Assembly (NCBI GenBank): GCA_964234715.1
Contig: OZ174285.1
DNA: 64,000 nt
Strand: one strand, 5' to 3'
Source: Podarcis melisellensis
Lineage: Eukaryota
This document shows, piece by piece, positions 12,114 to 25,785 of the stretch; within the stretch, counting starts at the first letter, position 1; each line of letters starts with the position of its first letter. The translations under genes were made by a program, and so were the position numbers. Below the pieces are notes generated by a model. That model had not been told where the DNA came from. It ran no database searches and worked only from the letters and a program-made list of their open reading frames with translations.

Positions 12114-13601
12114 TACTTCATATGTAGCGTAATCTAGACACGCAGGTAGAAAAGACATGGGAAATAAAAGACTGCTTGCATTATTTATTTATGTAATTGT
12201 CTTTAGTGGTGGAGAAGAATGCGATGGAATGAGAAATACAAGGCACTTTCTCAAGCGGCAATAAAATTCCTATTTGGCTTCCACCCAGCGAAGTGGAGAT
12301 ATAGCAAGAGCCTCTCAGCATTGTGGTCAGTGTGTCTTGTTGGGAGGGGGAGGGGCAAGGTGGTGATGAGGTTGGGGTCGTGCAGACACACCTGTGGATC
12401 TCTCCTGACACCCCTGCACTATGCCCTTGCAGCCGCGTCCTCCCCTCCCCCACCTGGTAAGCAGCAGCTCCTGCTGTAATTTACAACATGCATGTTTGTT
12501 CAGAAGCAAGTCTCTGAATGAACGGGCACTGAATAAACTAGCAGTACTAGAACCGTTATGGGCGCCACATAATACGTGTTCCACATTTGCAAAAAATCAA
12601 TCCTCTGCATATTGACACCAGGCTATGTCATTACTATAGTCTTTCCCGGCGCCTGCTAAAATTGCTTTTGTTTAGACAAGCCTGCCCAGATATGTAGACT
12701 GTTTATATGTGTTTTCTGGTTTTGGTTCATTCCTGATTTTTTAAAAAACATGTTAAATAGTTGTTTTGAACTGTTTTTACTGATAATTTTATTGCTTTAT
12801 CCTCCTTGTAAACTGCCTTGAGATTTTATTATATTTACTTGATCTTGGAAACTTGTGGCTTCTTGTTCCCAGAAACTGGTACAGTCTTATAATGTATACG
12901 CATGCATATGTCTTATAATGTCTAAGCATGCATACTTAAACGTCTTGTTGCATTCAGTGGAGAAAATGTATGTAGGAGGACTGCCATTTTATGTCTACTT
13001 TATTCCATATAAGCCTCGGAGATTGAATAAGCATTCATAACAGGATTGTGCTATTAATTTGATATATTCTCTGTCAAGCCACCCCTCACCATAATAAAAC
13101 ACAACATTCAGGCTCTTCTCACAGGGGCAAAGCTTCTTCTTTTATTCTTTTGTATTTTAATGTTTCACTGTGATATGCATCATATGCATTCAAGTTTAAG
13201 TATTTCTATGAAGAAACTGTAAGTCTTAAATACATTGACAGTCAAACAATGATTGGGTGGGTCAATATGGCATCATTACACATAACTTAAAAACCAGTTA
13301 GGCAGCTCTTGTGAAACCAGCCATGTTTTTTTATAAAGTTCTCAGTTTCATCTTTTGAGGACCCGGCTTACTGTTATGAAGCAAATAATTGACAAATTGT
13401 AAAATGGACAATGGAGGAGGGTTAAGGAAAAACAGTGCAAAGCGGGGAGGGTGGGAAGCAGAGTGTGAAAGTCAGCCGCAAATGGATAAATAAGATGAAG
13501 GAAGCAAGTGGCTGAAGAAAGAAAAAACAATGTAATATATTCAGACTGTTGTGTAAATTTTAATTCATTTTGCTAGCTCAGTTCATTAGGTACAGAAATA
13601 C

Positions 13602-13848
13602 TGTTATGTACTGAAGTTCTCACCCTGGGCCAGCAAGGGGATACTGTAGATAGTTATGCAAATAAGGGATCAAAAGTGACGTTCAGTGATTGGATAGTTT
13701 TAGAAAATAATTACAGTTACATTGTACTGGAGCTCTATATAAGCAGGCTGACTGAACCCTTCAGTTCAGTTCTGTCCTGGCCTGTGAATAAACAAGAGCT
13801 GTTTGAAGAATCACTGTGTCGTCTGATATGTTCACCCACAACTTAACA
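13602..13848 (+). mobile_element. Solo LTR
   Basis: TGTTA...TAACA termini, 5-bp TSD AATAC, TATATAA near 13736 and AATAAA near 13787. Confidence 0.85.
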
Positions 13849-16800
13849 AATACGACCGTATGTTTTGGATCACTGGTTTCCTTGGTATTGGCCAAGGATA
13901 CCTCAATGTGTGAATATCCATGTTACATGATCCTAAACCAGGTCTAAGACTATTAAAGTGTATGGAAATACTCATCTGGTTTTAAGAACCAGCTCCCAGC
14001 TGTCAATGAAAAATCGCTTTCTGTCAAGGGCAATTATGGTTCACTTGTAAAGGGCAAGTCACTATATTTTTGAATTGTTATAATCTACTGGGAGGCGAGA
14101 AGTGGACAGATTAGTGGTATCAGTTTCTTAGGTACAACAATCCTCTCTCTGACCCTCTATCCCTTTCAATAAACATTATCTGGACTTTGCAAACATGGCA
14201 GATCCTTTAACACTCAACACATGATATCAGAGTCACTCTTGCATATTTTTAATATCTTTATTCTCACAGTAAGGATCACTTCCTTGGAAACTCCTTATAC
14301 AGAAGGAAGGGAGGGGGGAAGGGAAGGAGGGGGTTGATTTCCTTTCACATTTCTGAAGCTCTTTTCCACTGTCTGCATGTTAAATTGACTATAATCATTA
14401 ACTTGTAATTAAAAAGCATAATAATATTTACTAGAACAAATGCTCACACACATATCTTGTTGTATAGTAGCATCTCAGACACATTCAACAATATTTAGTA
14501 TACTATGTTCCCAAGAAGGCATATATAGTGCCAACATTTTAGTATTTTCGAATATTTATGTTTCAGTTTGCTTTTTAGTTTACAGGTTTTCATTTGTTTT
14601 TGCCTATTTTCATTTTGGAAAAAGCTGTCAATTGAACAGAAACTTAGTAAGTCATAAGAGCCAGAGGAAAATAAACTGAAGCTGTACTCTATCATATCAA
14701 CCCCTGGGGATAAGACCAGTACAACAGGTAACAGGATAGAGGTTTTATAGTTTTGTGCTAATTCAATGGATGATTTTTGTTTAATTTTGTTTTGTTTTTA
14801 AAAAAACCTGGGACAGGTAAGGCCAAGCACACATCTGCAAGAATGAGGAAATGAGTTAATGAAGCTGTGTGGTGAAATTTTGCAGACAGGCATTGTTGGG
14901 AAAGCCAAAGTTTCCACGGGATTCTCAGTTTTAGCAGATGAAAGAGAATATTTCTGGCATAGAAATACCATCTTGAGGTGTAAGATTTATAGAAGAAAAT
15001 GGTGGGAATACATAATGAATCATTGGGCTCATTTCAATCTCAAACCAAACTGCTGTAGACATACCAAACACAATATTATCTGCTTGTTCTGATTTTTGGA
15101 GTAGATCGCAATAAGCTAGTTGGACAAGGATATGATGAAATTCAAGCACAAATCAGGACACTCAATCCTCAGGCAACCTTTGTCCACTGCTCATCCCATA
15201 GACTTAATCTAACTGTAAATTATCTGAATAGTGTAATCATGTGTGTCACACAGTTGGCACAATTAGAGCCATTATAAAGTTTTTTCCCATTAGAGCATCT
15301 TTAGATGACATCCAAAACCTAATGTACCAATGAAATGTGAAACACAGCAGACTCAACGATACACAAGTATCCCTATGTTTGCATAAAGTTACCCAAGTGT
15401 TGTCTTGCATCTCAAACAATAAGCAGGATCAAGCAACGCCAAGACAAGACAAAATTTGTACCACTTATTGTGTGCATCATGGACATCAATTTTTATTGTT
15501 CATCTTGTCACCCTAAGCAAATATTCTTCAATGCTAGAAGCAGACATCCAAGCTCAGTAATCTGTTCAGTTAGATGTAATAGAAATGAAAGCACATACAC
15601 AACAGTTTTGGGGAACAATGGAACAGCACAGGGAAGCTAAAGAGGGGACATTTAGCACAATAACAGAGAAACTGACAGATGAAGTGAATGTAGAACTTAA
15701 AGCACTTGGACAAACCAAACAATAGAAAAAGCCATGCCAAATATCCCAGCCAATCCACAGAAGAGTTCTACCAGTCCATCTACATTTCCTACCTGGATTC
15801 ACTTATTACCTCACTGAGGTAATGAAATGATGAAAACCAACCAACTCACAGTTTACTGAAACTACTTCCATCTTACCTCTACCACACTGTAGAAAAAAAA
15901 CTTTCAAGTCCATGTCAATTTTAAAAAATTGAAAGCTTTGAGGATGAATCTGTTTCTTGGCATGAGTTGTGGGCAAAAAGGCATACCAAAGATATTAAAA
16001 TACTGTAGCTATATTATATTACTATAATATAGAGTGTTTGCCCAGCACTGTGGGTAAGGCACTAAAATGACCTATCAATTCCGTTTGTCCATTGAACAAC
16101 AGTAATGTAGGATCCTAAAACAAAACAAAACAAAAACTCTAAGGCTGAATTTCACACCTTTTACACAGAATATGCCTTGGCTTTGGTGAATGCCAGGCAT
16201 AAGAGCTGAAAGCAGTCAGACTTTTTTGTTAATGTTTGCCCATCCATAACATAAAGGGAAATATAATACTCTCTTTAAACAAAAACTGGAGTCTTCAGGG
16301 GTCTTGACCAGAACAGGCAATAACCTTTTCTATAAATTTCTCATTGGGATAGCCTTTTCTCTATGGACACTCAACAAACACAAGCCATTATCGAACATGG
16401 CCTTGTCTTCACCCTGCTTAAAGTGCTAAAGGACCTTTCAATTGTGCATGTTGTAACTAGGACGGAAAGTGCTGCAAGGATTGCCATTTTAATAGCAGGG
16501 GACAATAGTCCAATAGTTCAGTAGTCCTATTGCATATGTTTAGTGGACTTCATTATGAAGGTTTTGCCATTTTTAATGTGGCACTGTGGCACAAGACTAT
16601 GGAACAATAAACAAAGGTTAGTGACTCATGAGAAAAACAGCAGTGGCCAGTAAATTACACACATATGCACAATGCAACAGACCATTTGCCTAGCAGTCAC
16701 TCAAAGAACTGAAAAGGAAAACTGGAACAGGAAAAGAAAAATAAGATGTCGTTTTGGTTAAAGTATTCTCATGCAAAAGAAGCATAAATAATCAAGTTTT

Positions 16801-17089
16801 ATTGTAGCAGTGAGTCCTTCCTTTCAGAACAGCCTCTTTATCTGTCAGATAAGGCCCAGCTGGTACACTGGAGGGCCCAAGATTTGTCACAGGCTTTTCT
16901 GTCATCTGAGGCACAGCTCTTTTGCTGAAATGGATTCATAATCATAATCGTTTAAAAGGATTTTACACACCATGCCATGAATTCAGTGCAGCATCTTTAA
17001 AGTGATGCTAATAACTCGCTGGCTTACGCACCAAGAGTATTCAAGAGACAAAGGGAAGGGAAAGATAAAAGCTTCCTATAAGATGCCGA

Positions 17090-17660
17090 TGTCAGGGCCC
17101 CCTCCGCTCTGCGAAGAACTGGCATGGCTTAGTAGCCCCTGACGGAAGAGGAGGAAGACGAAGGAGCAGATGGAGGGCTGGGAGGATGGCACCCAAGGTG
17201 GGAGGATGAAGGAAGATGTCAGAGAGGGGGAAGCAGATCTGCTAACTCTCTCCATCACCCCTTCTGTGGAGTGCAGAGCCTCATCAGGGAGAAAGGAGAA
17301 CTTCAGCCAGAGGGAGATGATGAACCAAAGAAGGGAGTGGCAGAACTGGAGGCAGAAAGGCAGGAAATTTTTATCTCCAAGAATCAGGCATCACCTTCGT
17401 AGGTGGGCTCAGACCCACAGGGTGAGAGAGTCTTATGAGTGAGCTCCTCCTCCCTCATCTTTAAAAACTTTAAAAGCTATCAGGACATCTTTGTAATTTC
17501 CATTCAGTTATGAACCTCTTGTCTTGCTCTTACACCTTGGAGTCTTGACTTCTGGACCTTGTGCTTGCTGCTGAGCATGTAATATTACCCCAAATAAAGA
17601 TCTCTTCCTTACTCTCAAGTAAGAGTCACTGCAATCGTATTTTGGGATGGTAGCCTGACA
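17090..17660 (+). mobile_element. Putative solo LTR
   Basis: Inverted termini TGTCAGG...CCTGACA and AATAAA near 17593; no clean TSD. Confidence 0.55.
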
Positions 17661-18350
17661 CAAGCTGTTAACGACAAGGAATCCCACCTACAAGGGCACC
17701 ACACATTAGAGGGGTTCGTAATATGTTCAACAGAATTGAATTGCCACTGAATATGAAAAAAACTGGTTCAGGATATGAATTTGAGCATCCCATAAAGCTT
17801 GAATATTCTCTGACCCAGAGCCATTTTTCAGCCGGGTTCACCAGTACTTGGAAGCATATTCTCCCATTTCACATTTCTGTTAAACTTTATGGGCTTTCGC
17901 TTCTGGTTCTATCATTCTCTTTGCTACGACAGTGGCATTTATTTATCAGTTTGCTTATTTAACTTCACTCTTGCTTCTCCTTCAGAAAGCTAAGAGCAGA
18001 TTGCACATGTTTCTTTGTGAGGGGGTCACCTAGAGACTGATAACATCTATTCACACTTAATTTCAACAAATTATAGCTAATCAAACAGAATTCATGAAAG
18101 CCACTAAAAACAGAAAACCTTCTTTAAAAGAAAGATCATCATACTGTATTAGAAGGCCATCAGGAAAATTGTGGGCAGACCCCCCCTCTGTATAATGGAT
18201 ATATGTGACACATTGACCTTCTTATGTTGTCTATATCTCTTGTGCACCTTGTTTTAAAATTATGGGTTTATACCTTTACCTTTTTAAGGAAATGAGGAGA
18301 GCATTGAAGACTCCTCTGCACAACTAAAAATATATAGTTCAATTCTATAC

Positions 18351-18703
18351 GACGCGGGTGGCGCTGTGGTCTAAACCACAGAGCCTAGGGCTTGCCGATC
18401 GGAAGGTCGGCAGTTTGAATCCCCGCCACGGGGTGAGCTCCCGTTGCTCGGTCCCAGCTCCTGCCCACCTAGCAGTTTGAAAGCACGTCAAAGTGCAAGT
18501 AGATAAATAGGTACCGCTCCAGTGGGAAGGTAAACGGCATTTCCGTGTGCGGCTCTGGTTCGCCAGAAGTGGCTTAGTCATGACCCGGAAGCTGTCTGTG
18601 GAGAAACGCCAGCTCCCTTGGCCTAAAGAGAGAGATGAGTGCCGCAACCCCAGAGTCGTCCGCAGCTGGACCTAACAGTCAGGGGTACCTTTACCTTTAC
18701 CTA
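18351..18703 (+). mobile_element. Sauria SINE
   Basis: GACGCGGGTGGCGCTGTGG head, tRNA-like boxes, (ACCTTT)n tail. Confidence 0.9.
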
Positions 18704-18984
18704 AGTGAGTATAAGATTGCAACCTCGATTTTATTCATTCTGATATACTGTACATGTCTAAATTCTGTCATACACTGCTAGCTGCTGAATCACTTATGCT
18801 TCTATTGAAAATGTACAATGCTACTAAAGGGACAGAACTTCCCTCCTTTTCATGAATTAACCATGTTGACAACAACCTACATAAGTAAAACAAGCAGCAG
18901 ATCTCACTATCTAAAGTCAAGTCTTAAGATATTGCAAACTGAGCTTTCGTCTCAGGCATCATATCAAATCACTAACAAATGACA

Positions 18985-19157
18985 NNNNNNNNNNNNNNNN
19001 NNNNNNNNNNNNNNNNNNNNNNNNNNNNNNNNNNNNNNNNNNNNNNNNNNNNNNNNNNNNNNNNNNNNNNNNNNNNNNNNNNNNNNNNNNNNNNNNNNNN
19101 NNNNNNNNNNNNNNNNNNNNNNNNNNNNNNNNNNNNNNNNNNNNNNNNNNNNNNNNN
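18985..19157. other. Assembly gap (173 N)
   Basis: Run of N. Confidence 0.99.
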
Positions 19158-19175
19158 AACTTTTATCCTTTACAA

Positions 19176-19311
19176 CCAGCTTCCTCAACCTCGGCCCTCC
19201 AGATGTTTTTGGCCTACAACTCCTATGATCCCTAGCTAGCAGGACCAGTGGTCAGGGATGATGGGAGTTGTAGTTTCAAAGCATCTGGAGAGCCAAATTT
19301 GAGGAAGCCTG
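19176..19311. mobile_element. hAT-type MITE ('ccagatgttttgg.ctacaactccc' family)
   Basis: Imperfect TIRs cagcttcctcaa/ttgaggaagcctg; 8-bp TSD CTTTACAA. Decayed relatives near 9480, 21440, 26870, 56090 and 62546. Confidence 0.8.
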
Positions 19312-19827
19312 CTTTACAATCTACAACACAATCCGATATACCTTCTCTAGCCTGCTGTCTTCCAGATGTTTTGGACTGGAACCTAAGAGCCTGCTAGATC
19401 AGGCAGCAGCCTGCCTAATCCCACATCCTATTCTCACAGTGGCCAATCAGATGCTTTTAGGAAGCCACACCTTTGGGGCTATACCAGAAACTGCATAGCT
19501 CTTTCATGAAACTGGGCAATATTTCCCAGTAAGTCCCTTTTAGGACTTGCATAAAATTTGTGAATACCAAAACAAAAGGGTAGAAATATGGCGCTCATTT
19601 CTTTATTTTACTCAACACTTCACAGCTCTCTCTGAATGAACTGAGTTACTTCTCAGGATCTGGGTTCAAAATGACTACAGTCACGTAAAATGGCCCGAGA
19701 AATCCAGCAAGAGTATAGCAGGTATAAAGAAACCATCTCGTACAGTGGGCAAGGGGATAGAAACATGCTACTACATGGCACTTTTAAACTAGCCCGCCAC
19801 ATTTTAAACTGAGCTATCAACACTTAC

Positions 19828-19870
19828 ATTTCATTTGCTTGGAGATAGCCTTGTTGGGCTCTAGCCAGTG
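19828..19870 (-). CDS. FRMD3: FRMD3 coding exon (probable exon 3): HWLEPNKAISKQMK
   Basis: 43 nt, phase 0/1. Acceptor tttccttcag, donor gtaagt. Carries the FERM 'WL.P.K.I.KQ' motif and joins its neighbours in frame. Confidence 0.93.
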
Positions 19871-20497
19871 CTGAAGGAAAGAGAGGCAGAGACAAATGGT
19901 TAGAGCATTGCAAAAGACATCACCTTTATTTACTGCCACAAGGTCATAATAAACTGACAAGCCGTTTTCATAACAGCTGTGATTTCTATTGTGTTTTGTG
20001 TCAAAGAGCTTCAAAGGGATACTTATACTGGTGGAAGGATAATGAAAAAGAATCAGTTGAACGTGAAAGGCATAGCTAATGCAGTAAGAGTATACACAAT
20101 GGGCGTATTTATGTTTGTTCAAAGTCTGGACCTTGGGCACAGGAATGGGAAGAAGTGAATCAACTATGAAGCAAGCAGGGTTTTCAGTAGTGGAACAGAA
20201 ATATATTTATAGGGTAGCATTCAACTAAGTTAGATAAACAAATTAGACCCATTTATATTAATGGACCTAACTTAGTCAATTCAATTATTCTACTCTGAGT
20301 AAATACCACCCACAACTTGTTAATACAGGGAGCTAGAGAAGGCTCCTTAGAACAAACTTAAACCTCTAGATATTATTTATTTCTTATACACCATAGCTTC
20401 CTCCAAGCAACTCTCAAATGGTTTACAGGTTCTTTCGCTCTCATTTTATCCTCAAAAATAACCCTGTAAGAGAGGTTAGGATGAGAGCGAGAAACTA

Positions 20498-20897
20498 CTG
20501 TATTTTTCAGTGTATAAGACGAGGTTTTTTCCCTAAAAAAACAATGTCAAAAATTAGGAGGCATCTTATACACGGATAGTGCTGAGGGTGGATTGGCAAT
20601 TGGTGAGTCCCCCAAAATAGGGGACATCTTATACATGGGGGTGTCTTATAAACGAAAAATATGGTATATTTGCTAAGAAGTATCTCTACAGCAAATTGTG
20701 GTTGCTGGCGGTAAGTGCGCATAAGATTGGTGGCTTTGGAGAGGGTGAGGTGGGTGAGAGATTGTCGGCAATCCCCCCCCAAAAAAGCTTAACAACTATG
20801 GGCAATCTCACCCCCCCCCCGTTTTCTTAATTTGGAGACCCAAAAAATAGGGTTTATCTTATACACAGGGGTGTGTTATGCATGGAAAAATATGGTA
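20498..20897. mobile_element. Two adjacent degenerate CCGTATTTTT-family MITE copies
   Basis: ctgtattttt...aaaaatatggta termini seen twice, with internal similarity to 11947-12113. Confidence 0.6.
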
Positions 20898-21899
20898 TAT
20901 TCTGATTTTATCATGTGAACCGCCCTGAGACCTACGTGTTTGGGAGGCATATAAATTTAATAAATAAAAATAATAGAATAAAATAAATTAGCAGGAAACT
21001 AGGAAACCGTTTTCCCATTTAAATTTGATGTCACTTCTAAATCCCCGCTGTGAAAGTTAGTCAAGGCTGATTTATAGCAGTATTTTCAAAAGACAAATAT
21101 TTAATTTAAAAAGGTAAGTGTGCTATATTTACACTGCATGAAAAAGAAATATAATTCTTAAAATTGCTTATATATATATACTGCAAATTCCCACCAACTA
21201 TGCATTTCCAGAAAGTCAGACAGATTGTAAATTGTTCACAAAGGAAACTGAAGTTTTAGCATAAGCGTACAAACAAACAAATAAAAATTTGCTGATGGTA
21301 ATAATGTTGGTGATTAGATTTCACAAAGCCATGTCTAAAGAGGTCTGCTTTCCGCTGAAAGCCAGGTAAAAAAAATAGCTGCCTCATACAACCACAGACA
21401 TAATCAAATACGCCAGCGTAGTTAATGCAATGCCCTCCAGATTTCTGGCTTGCAGCTCCCATCAACCCCAGCCAGCAAGGCTAATAGTCAGCAACAGCAG
21501 GAACTGCAGACCATTCTGCAAAACACTGTGCATGTCAGGAGTGAGTCCAAAGGAATGTGAGCAAAGAACAATTTTTGCATGATCCACTTAGAACATTTCT
21601 ATTATCATTGCATTTGTTACTGTTTTTCCCTCAAAGAAGCTTCAGGGCAGCATGGATGGTTCTCTTCTCACCTATTTCATCTAACCTTGTGAAATAGATT
21701 AGGATCCCCAACGCAATGCCATGATGCCCCCACCCCCAACCATCTCCTTGTTGCCCATCAAGGCCCTCTGTCACTCCTCCCCCCCAAAAAAAACTTTATT
21801 GAAAAATTTAAAAACTGACACCAAAAACTCCTTTTAAAAAATCAAAACAAGATGGAGGGTGCCTGGAGCTCCTGTGTTTTTTATATATAATATAGAATA

Positions 21900-22223
21900 T
21901 AATTTATTATTTATACCCTGCCCATCTGGCTGGGTTTTCCCAGCCACTCTGGGCGGCTTCCAACAGAATATTAAAATACAATAGTCTATTAAACATTAAA
22001 AGCTTCCCTAAACAGGGCTGCCTTCAGATGTCTTCTAAAAGTCAGGTAGTTGTTTATCTCTTCGACATCTGATGGGAGGGCATTCCACAGGGCGGGTGCC
22101 ACCACCGAGAAGGCCCTCTGCCTGGTTCCCTGTAGCTTTGCTTCTTGCAGTGAGGGAACCACCAGAAGGCCCTTGGTACTGGACCTCAGTGTCTGGGCAG
22201 AATGATGGGGGAGGAGACGCTCC
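21900..22223 (-). mobile_element. Short 3' fragment of a second L2-family LINE
   Basis: Encodes ...TRQRAFSVVAPALWNALP..FRRHLKAALF; highly similar to 31720-32030. Confidence 0.8.
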
Positions 22224-23892
22224 TTTTTACCTTGTGCAATGACTATGCTCACTGGAAAGTGAAGAGCAGGCCTCCAGCCATGACAGCCTCTTCCATTCTT
22301 TTCCACAGAGTGTTTCTGGTTGCCACGTAGACCCAGAGCCATCTTTCATAGGCTGGAAGAGGACAGGGCAGCTAAAACTGCCAGATGTGCTAGGAGGCAG
22401 TGAGGGGGGAGAAGGTGGCAGGCATTTGGGGTTTTTTTGAAGGTTTTTTTTGGATATTTTGTCAGTTGGTTTTGAGGTGCATATGTGTGGTTGTGTTTCT
22501 CTGAGCACCACCAATTTTCCTTTTGCAAAATGCTTAGTTTGTTATGCACTGGTGAGAGGATAGTGGTTTGGTATTTGGAACTCAGACCCAACCTCTGCCT
22601 GGTACTGAATTTCATGGACAAGTTATTTGCATTTCGTGACTACTTGCTAGGCCATCACTTTGTCACTAGACAAGCTCCCCATGGCAACCATTTTGTGGCA
22701 GTGCACACAATAGCTTCACAGATCTCCAGATGAGCTCCCAGGTGAAAATATTTAGGGATTTCTGGATTAGGCTTGTGACCAAGATCACCCAGCAAACTAT
22801 GAGGCTTGGCATTGATTCAAAGCTGGGACGCCCTCGTCCAACACTCAACCACTGCAATCTGTCCTCTTTTGTTCTAGCTTCTGGCAAAAGAGGTTATATT
22901 CATTTCACTTATTATTTATTACAACTGTCCCAGAGAAGCTGGAATTTTGCTTCTGGGGTATGTGATAAAAAGCTGGAATCTTTCTATCACTTAATAATTC
23001 ATTAAAATGCTTATTAATTCACCCCTATGAAGTTTCTTCCTACTATCAATCTGCACTCATCTCTTCTTCAAATACAAATTTAACAAAATTGAAATGCATG
23101 AGCAGGCAAATTAAATTATTAGAATTTAATTAAATTATAGCAACAAATGTAAAAGGTGAAAATGAGTATCTCTGACAGGGATCAATACAGTATCTGCTAT
23201 ATTAACAAGCACGGAACCAAAACCTTCACATGCTGAAGTGATTTGAAAATGTCAAGTTTGCATCCTGGCTCAATTAATTAACCATGGTGTTTATGGTCAG
23301 AGTGGACAAAATCAAACAGCATAAATACATTATTATGAGCTAATTTCAATATCTGTGAAGGTGTCAGACTGAAAATATTTAGAGAAGTATTTTTTAATTG
23401 CTAAAGCAATGTGACCTCTCTATCTTCTTTTGCTAGGGAGGCAACAGCACCTGCAATATGGTATCCCATTGCTTGCTGTGCGCTGACCTGTAATGTTCTT
23501 CACTTTCTAAGCACTGTATTAATCCTGGATCAGCATTTCGATGTCCCTGAGTCGCCATTTCCCAGGCCAGGTGCCCTCTGGATGATTATCCACAATGCTG
23601 AGTAGGCCTATATGTTATGCATGGCTCCACGGCAAAGAAAGTGTCCGTGTTGGAAAGGTCATTTCACAAAGCTCAAAATACATTTAAAGGGAGAAAAACC
23701 CAAGTATGATTTAACAATATTGTCAAATGGCCACTTCTCCGTATGTGCCTTTATATGATATCTCGGCATCTAAATTAGCCATACTTTAGGTTGTTCCCGT
23801 CTCTTATATACTTAGAAGGTAAAATGATGCTGAAGAAATGCTTCTTCAAATATTGTCCCTCAAATCATCATAAGGTCCCGATTTGATTTGAA

Positions 23893-24155
23893 GCGGACAC
23901 GGAGCAATGGATCCAAACTACAAGAAAGAAGATTCCACCTAAACATTAGGAAGAACTTCCTGACAGTAAGAGCTGTTTGACAGTGGAATTTGCTGCCAAG
24001 GAGTGTGGTGGAGTCTCCTTCTTTGGAGGTCTTTAAGCAGAGGCTTGACAACCATATGTCAGGAGTGCTCTGATGGTGTTTCCTGCTTGGCAGGGGGTTG
24101 GACTCGATGGCCCTTGTGGTCTCTTCCAACTCTATGATTCTATGATTCTATGATT
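23893..24155 (+). mobile_element. CR1 LINE 3' fragment
   Basis: aacattaggaagaacttcctgacagtaagagctg...; (ATTCTATG)n octamer tail. Confidence 0.9.
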
Positions 24156-24782
24156 TAGGACAGACAATCTGCATCATCGTTGCCTCATCAGAAACTAATT
24201 GGGGGGGGGGGGATAAACATGGATATTTTTGTGGCTGGTTACAGACTATTTAGATTCCATTGGCATATAAGTGAATATTACAATGATGTCCCTGATGTGC
24301 AGCACTGTGTACCAAATGTGGAATATCATCTGCCATTTTGCTATCTAGACAGCAGGTTTGGGCAGAACCTCTTGGAAATCTTGAGTCTGCTTGAAAATTT
24401 ACTTTCCTGAATCATTTTGTTTCACCTCCAGGCTTTGCTACCTCACTAATTTACAGGTCTCTTAAAGTAGCACCAGACCCCCTAAAATAGATCTTCTATT
24501 TGTTTTCCTGCTTTATCATCACTGTTGTTTAATCCTGTCTTCTCACCTGTTATTATTCATAAGAGGACCCATTTCATATCCCATAATAGATAGGCTCATT
24601 TCAATTAAAATGTATTTGTTTTGTAGAAGTTGTTTCTTCCTAGTTTTTAGGGGGTAGCAGTGAGGCTGAACATGGCTTCATCTCTCCTTTCAATAAGGAG
24701 GTGAGATAGAGATACAGTATGTTACCACTTCTCCCTTAAGAGAATGGGGAGTGAGAATTTCCTAGCTGAACTGTAGCTGGAT

Positions 24783-25785
24783 ATAGAATCACAGAATCAT
24801 AGAATTGTACAGTTGGGAGGCTTATCTTCCAAGGGTCATCTCTCTGCAATACAGGAATCTCAACTAAAGCACACAAGACAGATGGCCAGCCAATCTCTGC
24901 TTAAAAATCTCTAACGAGGGAGGGTCCACAACCTAATGGGATCCTCCTTAATGAGGGTCCTGGTTGCACGCGGACCCCCTAAGGCACCCCCACTGAGAGA
25001 GTTGTTGCTCGGCATGGCCCAAGCTTTAACCATTGGGCCCCAGGGTCATGCCAGGCTGTTTGGGCCGACCAGGGCGGTTGGCACGATTCCTAGGGCCTAT
25101 AAAAGTGGCAGTGCAGAGTAACTGGAGGAACTTGCATAACGCTGGCGAACACCCACCCTCCCTCCCTAATTTTAGGTGGTGGTGCTTTGGCCTTGCTTTG
25201 GACTGGATCGCCTGCTTTGGAGCAGGGGCTGGTTAGGATTTTTTTCCATTTGGCAGATTGGATATAGCCACTTGTTTTTTGCCTACTCCCTTAGCAATCA
25301 TCACAACTTTGTAAGGTTTGGCAGTTAGGCATTGGCTTATTGAAGTGTGTGGAAGGGGAGGTGCAGCCATCAACTGCCCCTCCATGAATAAGGGTATTCC
25401 GGTAAAGGAATCTGGGGGTCCTGGATCTTGTTCGAAGTCCACTTGAGGGGCTAGGGCCATGCCAGGACCACAGGAACCCCAGGGTGAGCTTCGTTGGTCT
25501 TCATCGATGTTGCTCCCTCGTTTGGTGTTTACCCTTTCAGACTTCCAGCCAGAGAGGCAGGAGTCAGTTATAGCCTGTTGCCAATGCCTAAGCCAACAAG
25601 GCTCACTTTGCTGTAATCAATAAAGTTGTGGCCTAAATTTCGCCCAATAATTTAAACTAAAATTACATGTCAGTGTGAAGTTATTTTCAGGGGAATGGCT
25701 TGGGGGCCTCGAAGCACAACCAAGAGGTTCCATTCCACTGTCAAACAGCTCTGACTGTCAGAAAGTTCTTCCTGATGTTCAGCAT
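24783..25785 (-). mobile_element. CR1 3' fragment interrupted by a nested LTR-like insertion
   Basis: catagaatc tail and CR1 3' UTR up to 24933; the CR1 sequence resumes at about 25722 (ttccactgtcaaacagctctgactgtcagaaagttcttcc). Confidence 0.75.
24934..25716 (+). mobile_element. Putative solo LTR (~780 bp) nested in CR1
   Basis: 5-bp TSD CAACC; ends in CA (5' end TA rather than TG); TATAAAA at about 25098; AATAAA at about 25619. Confidence 0.7.

Noticed and set aside
11517-12615. Overlapping GC-rich ORFs up to 165 aa
   Set aside because: They span MITE fragments and low-complexity sequence, with no domain motifs or splice context.
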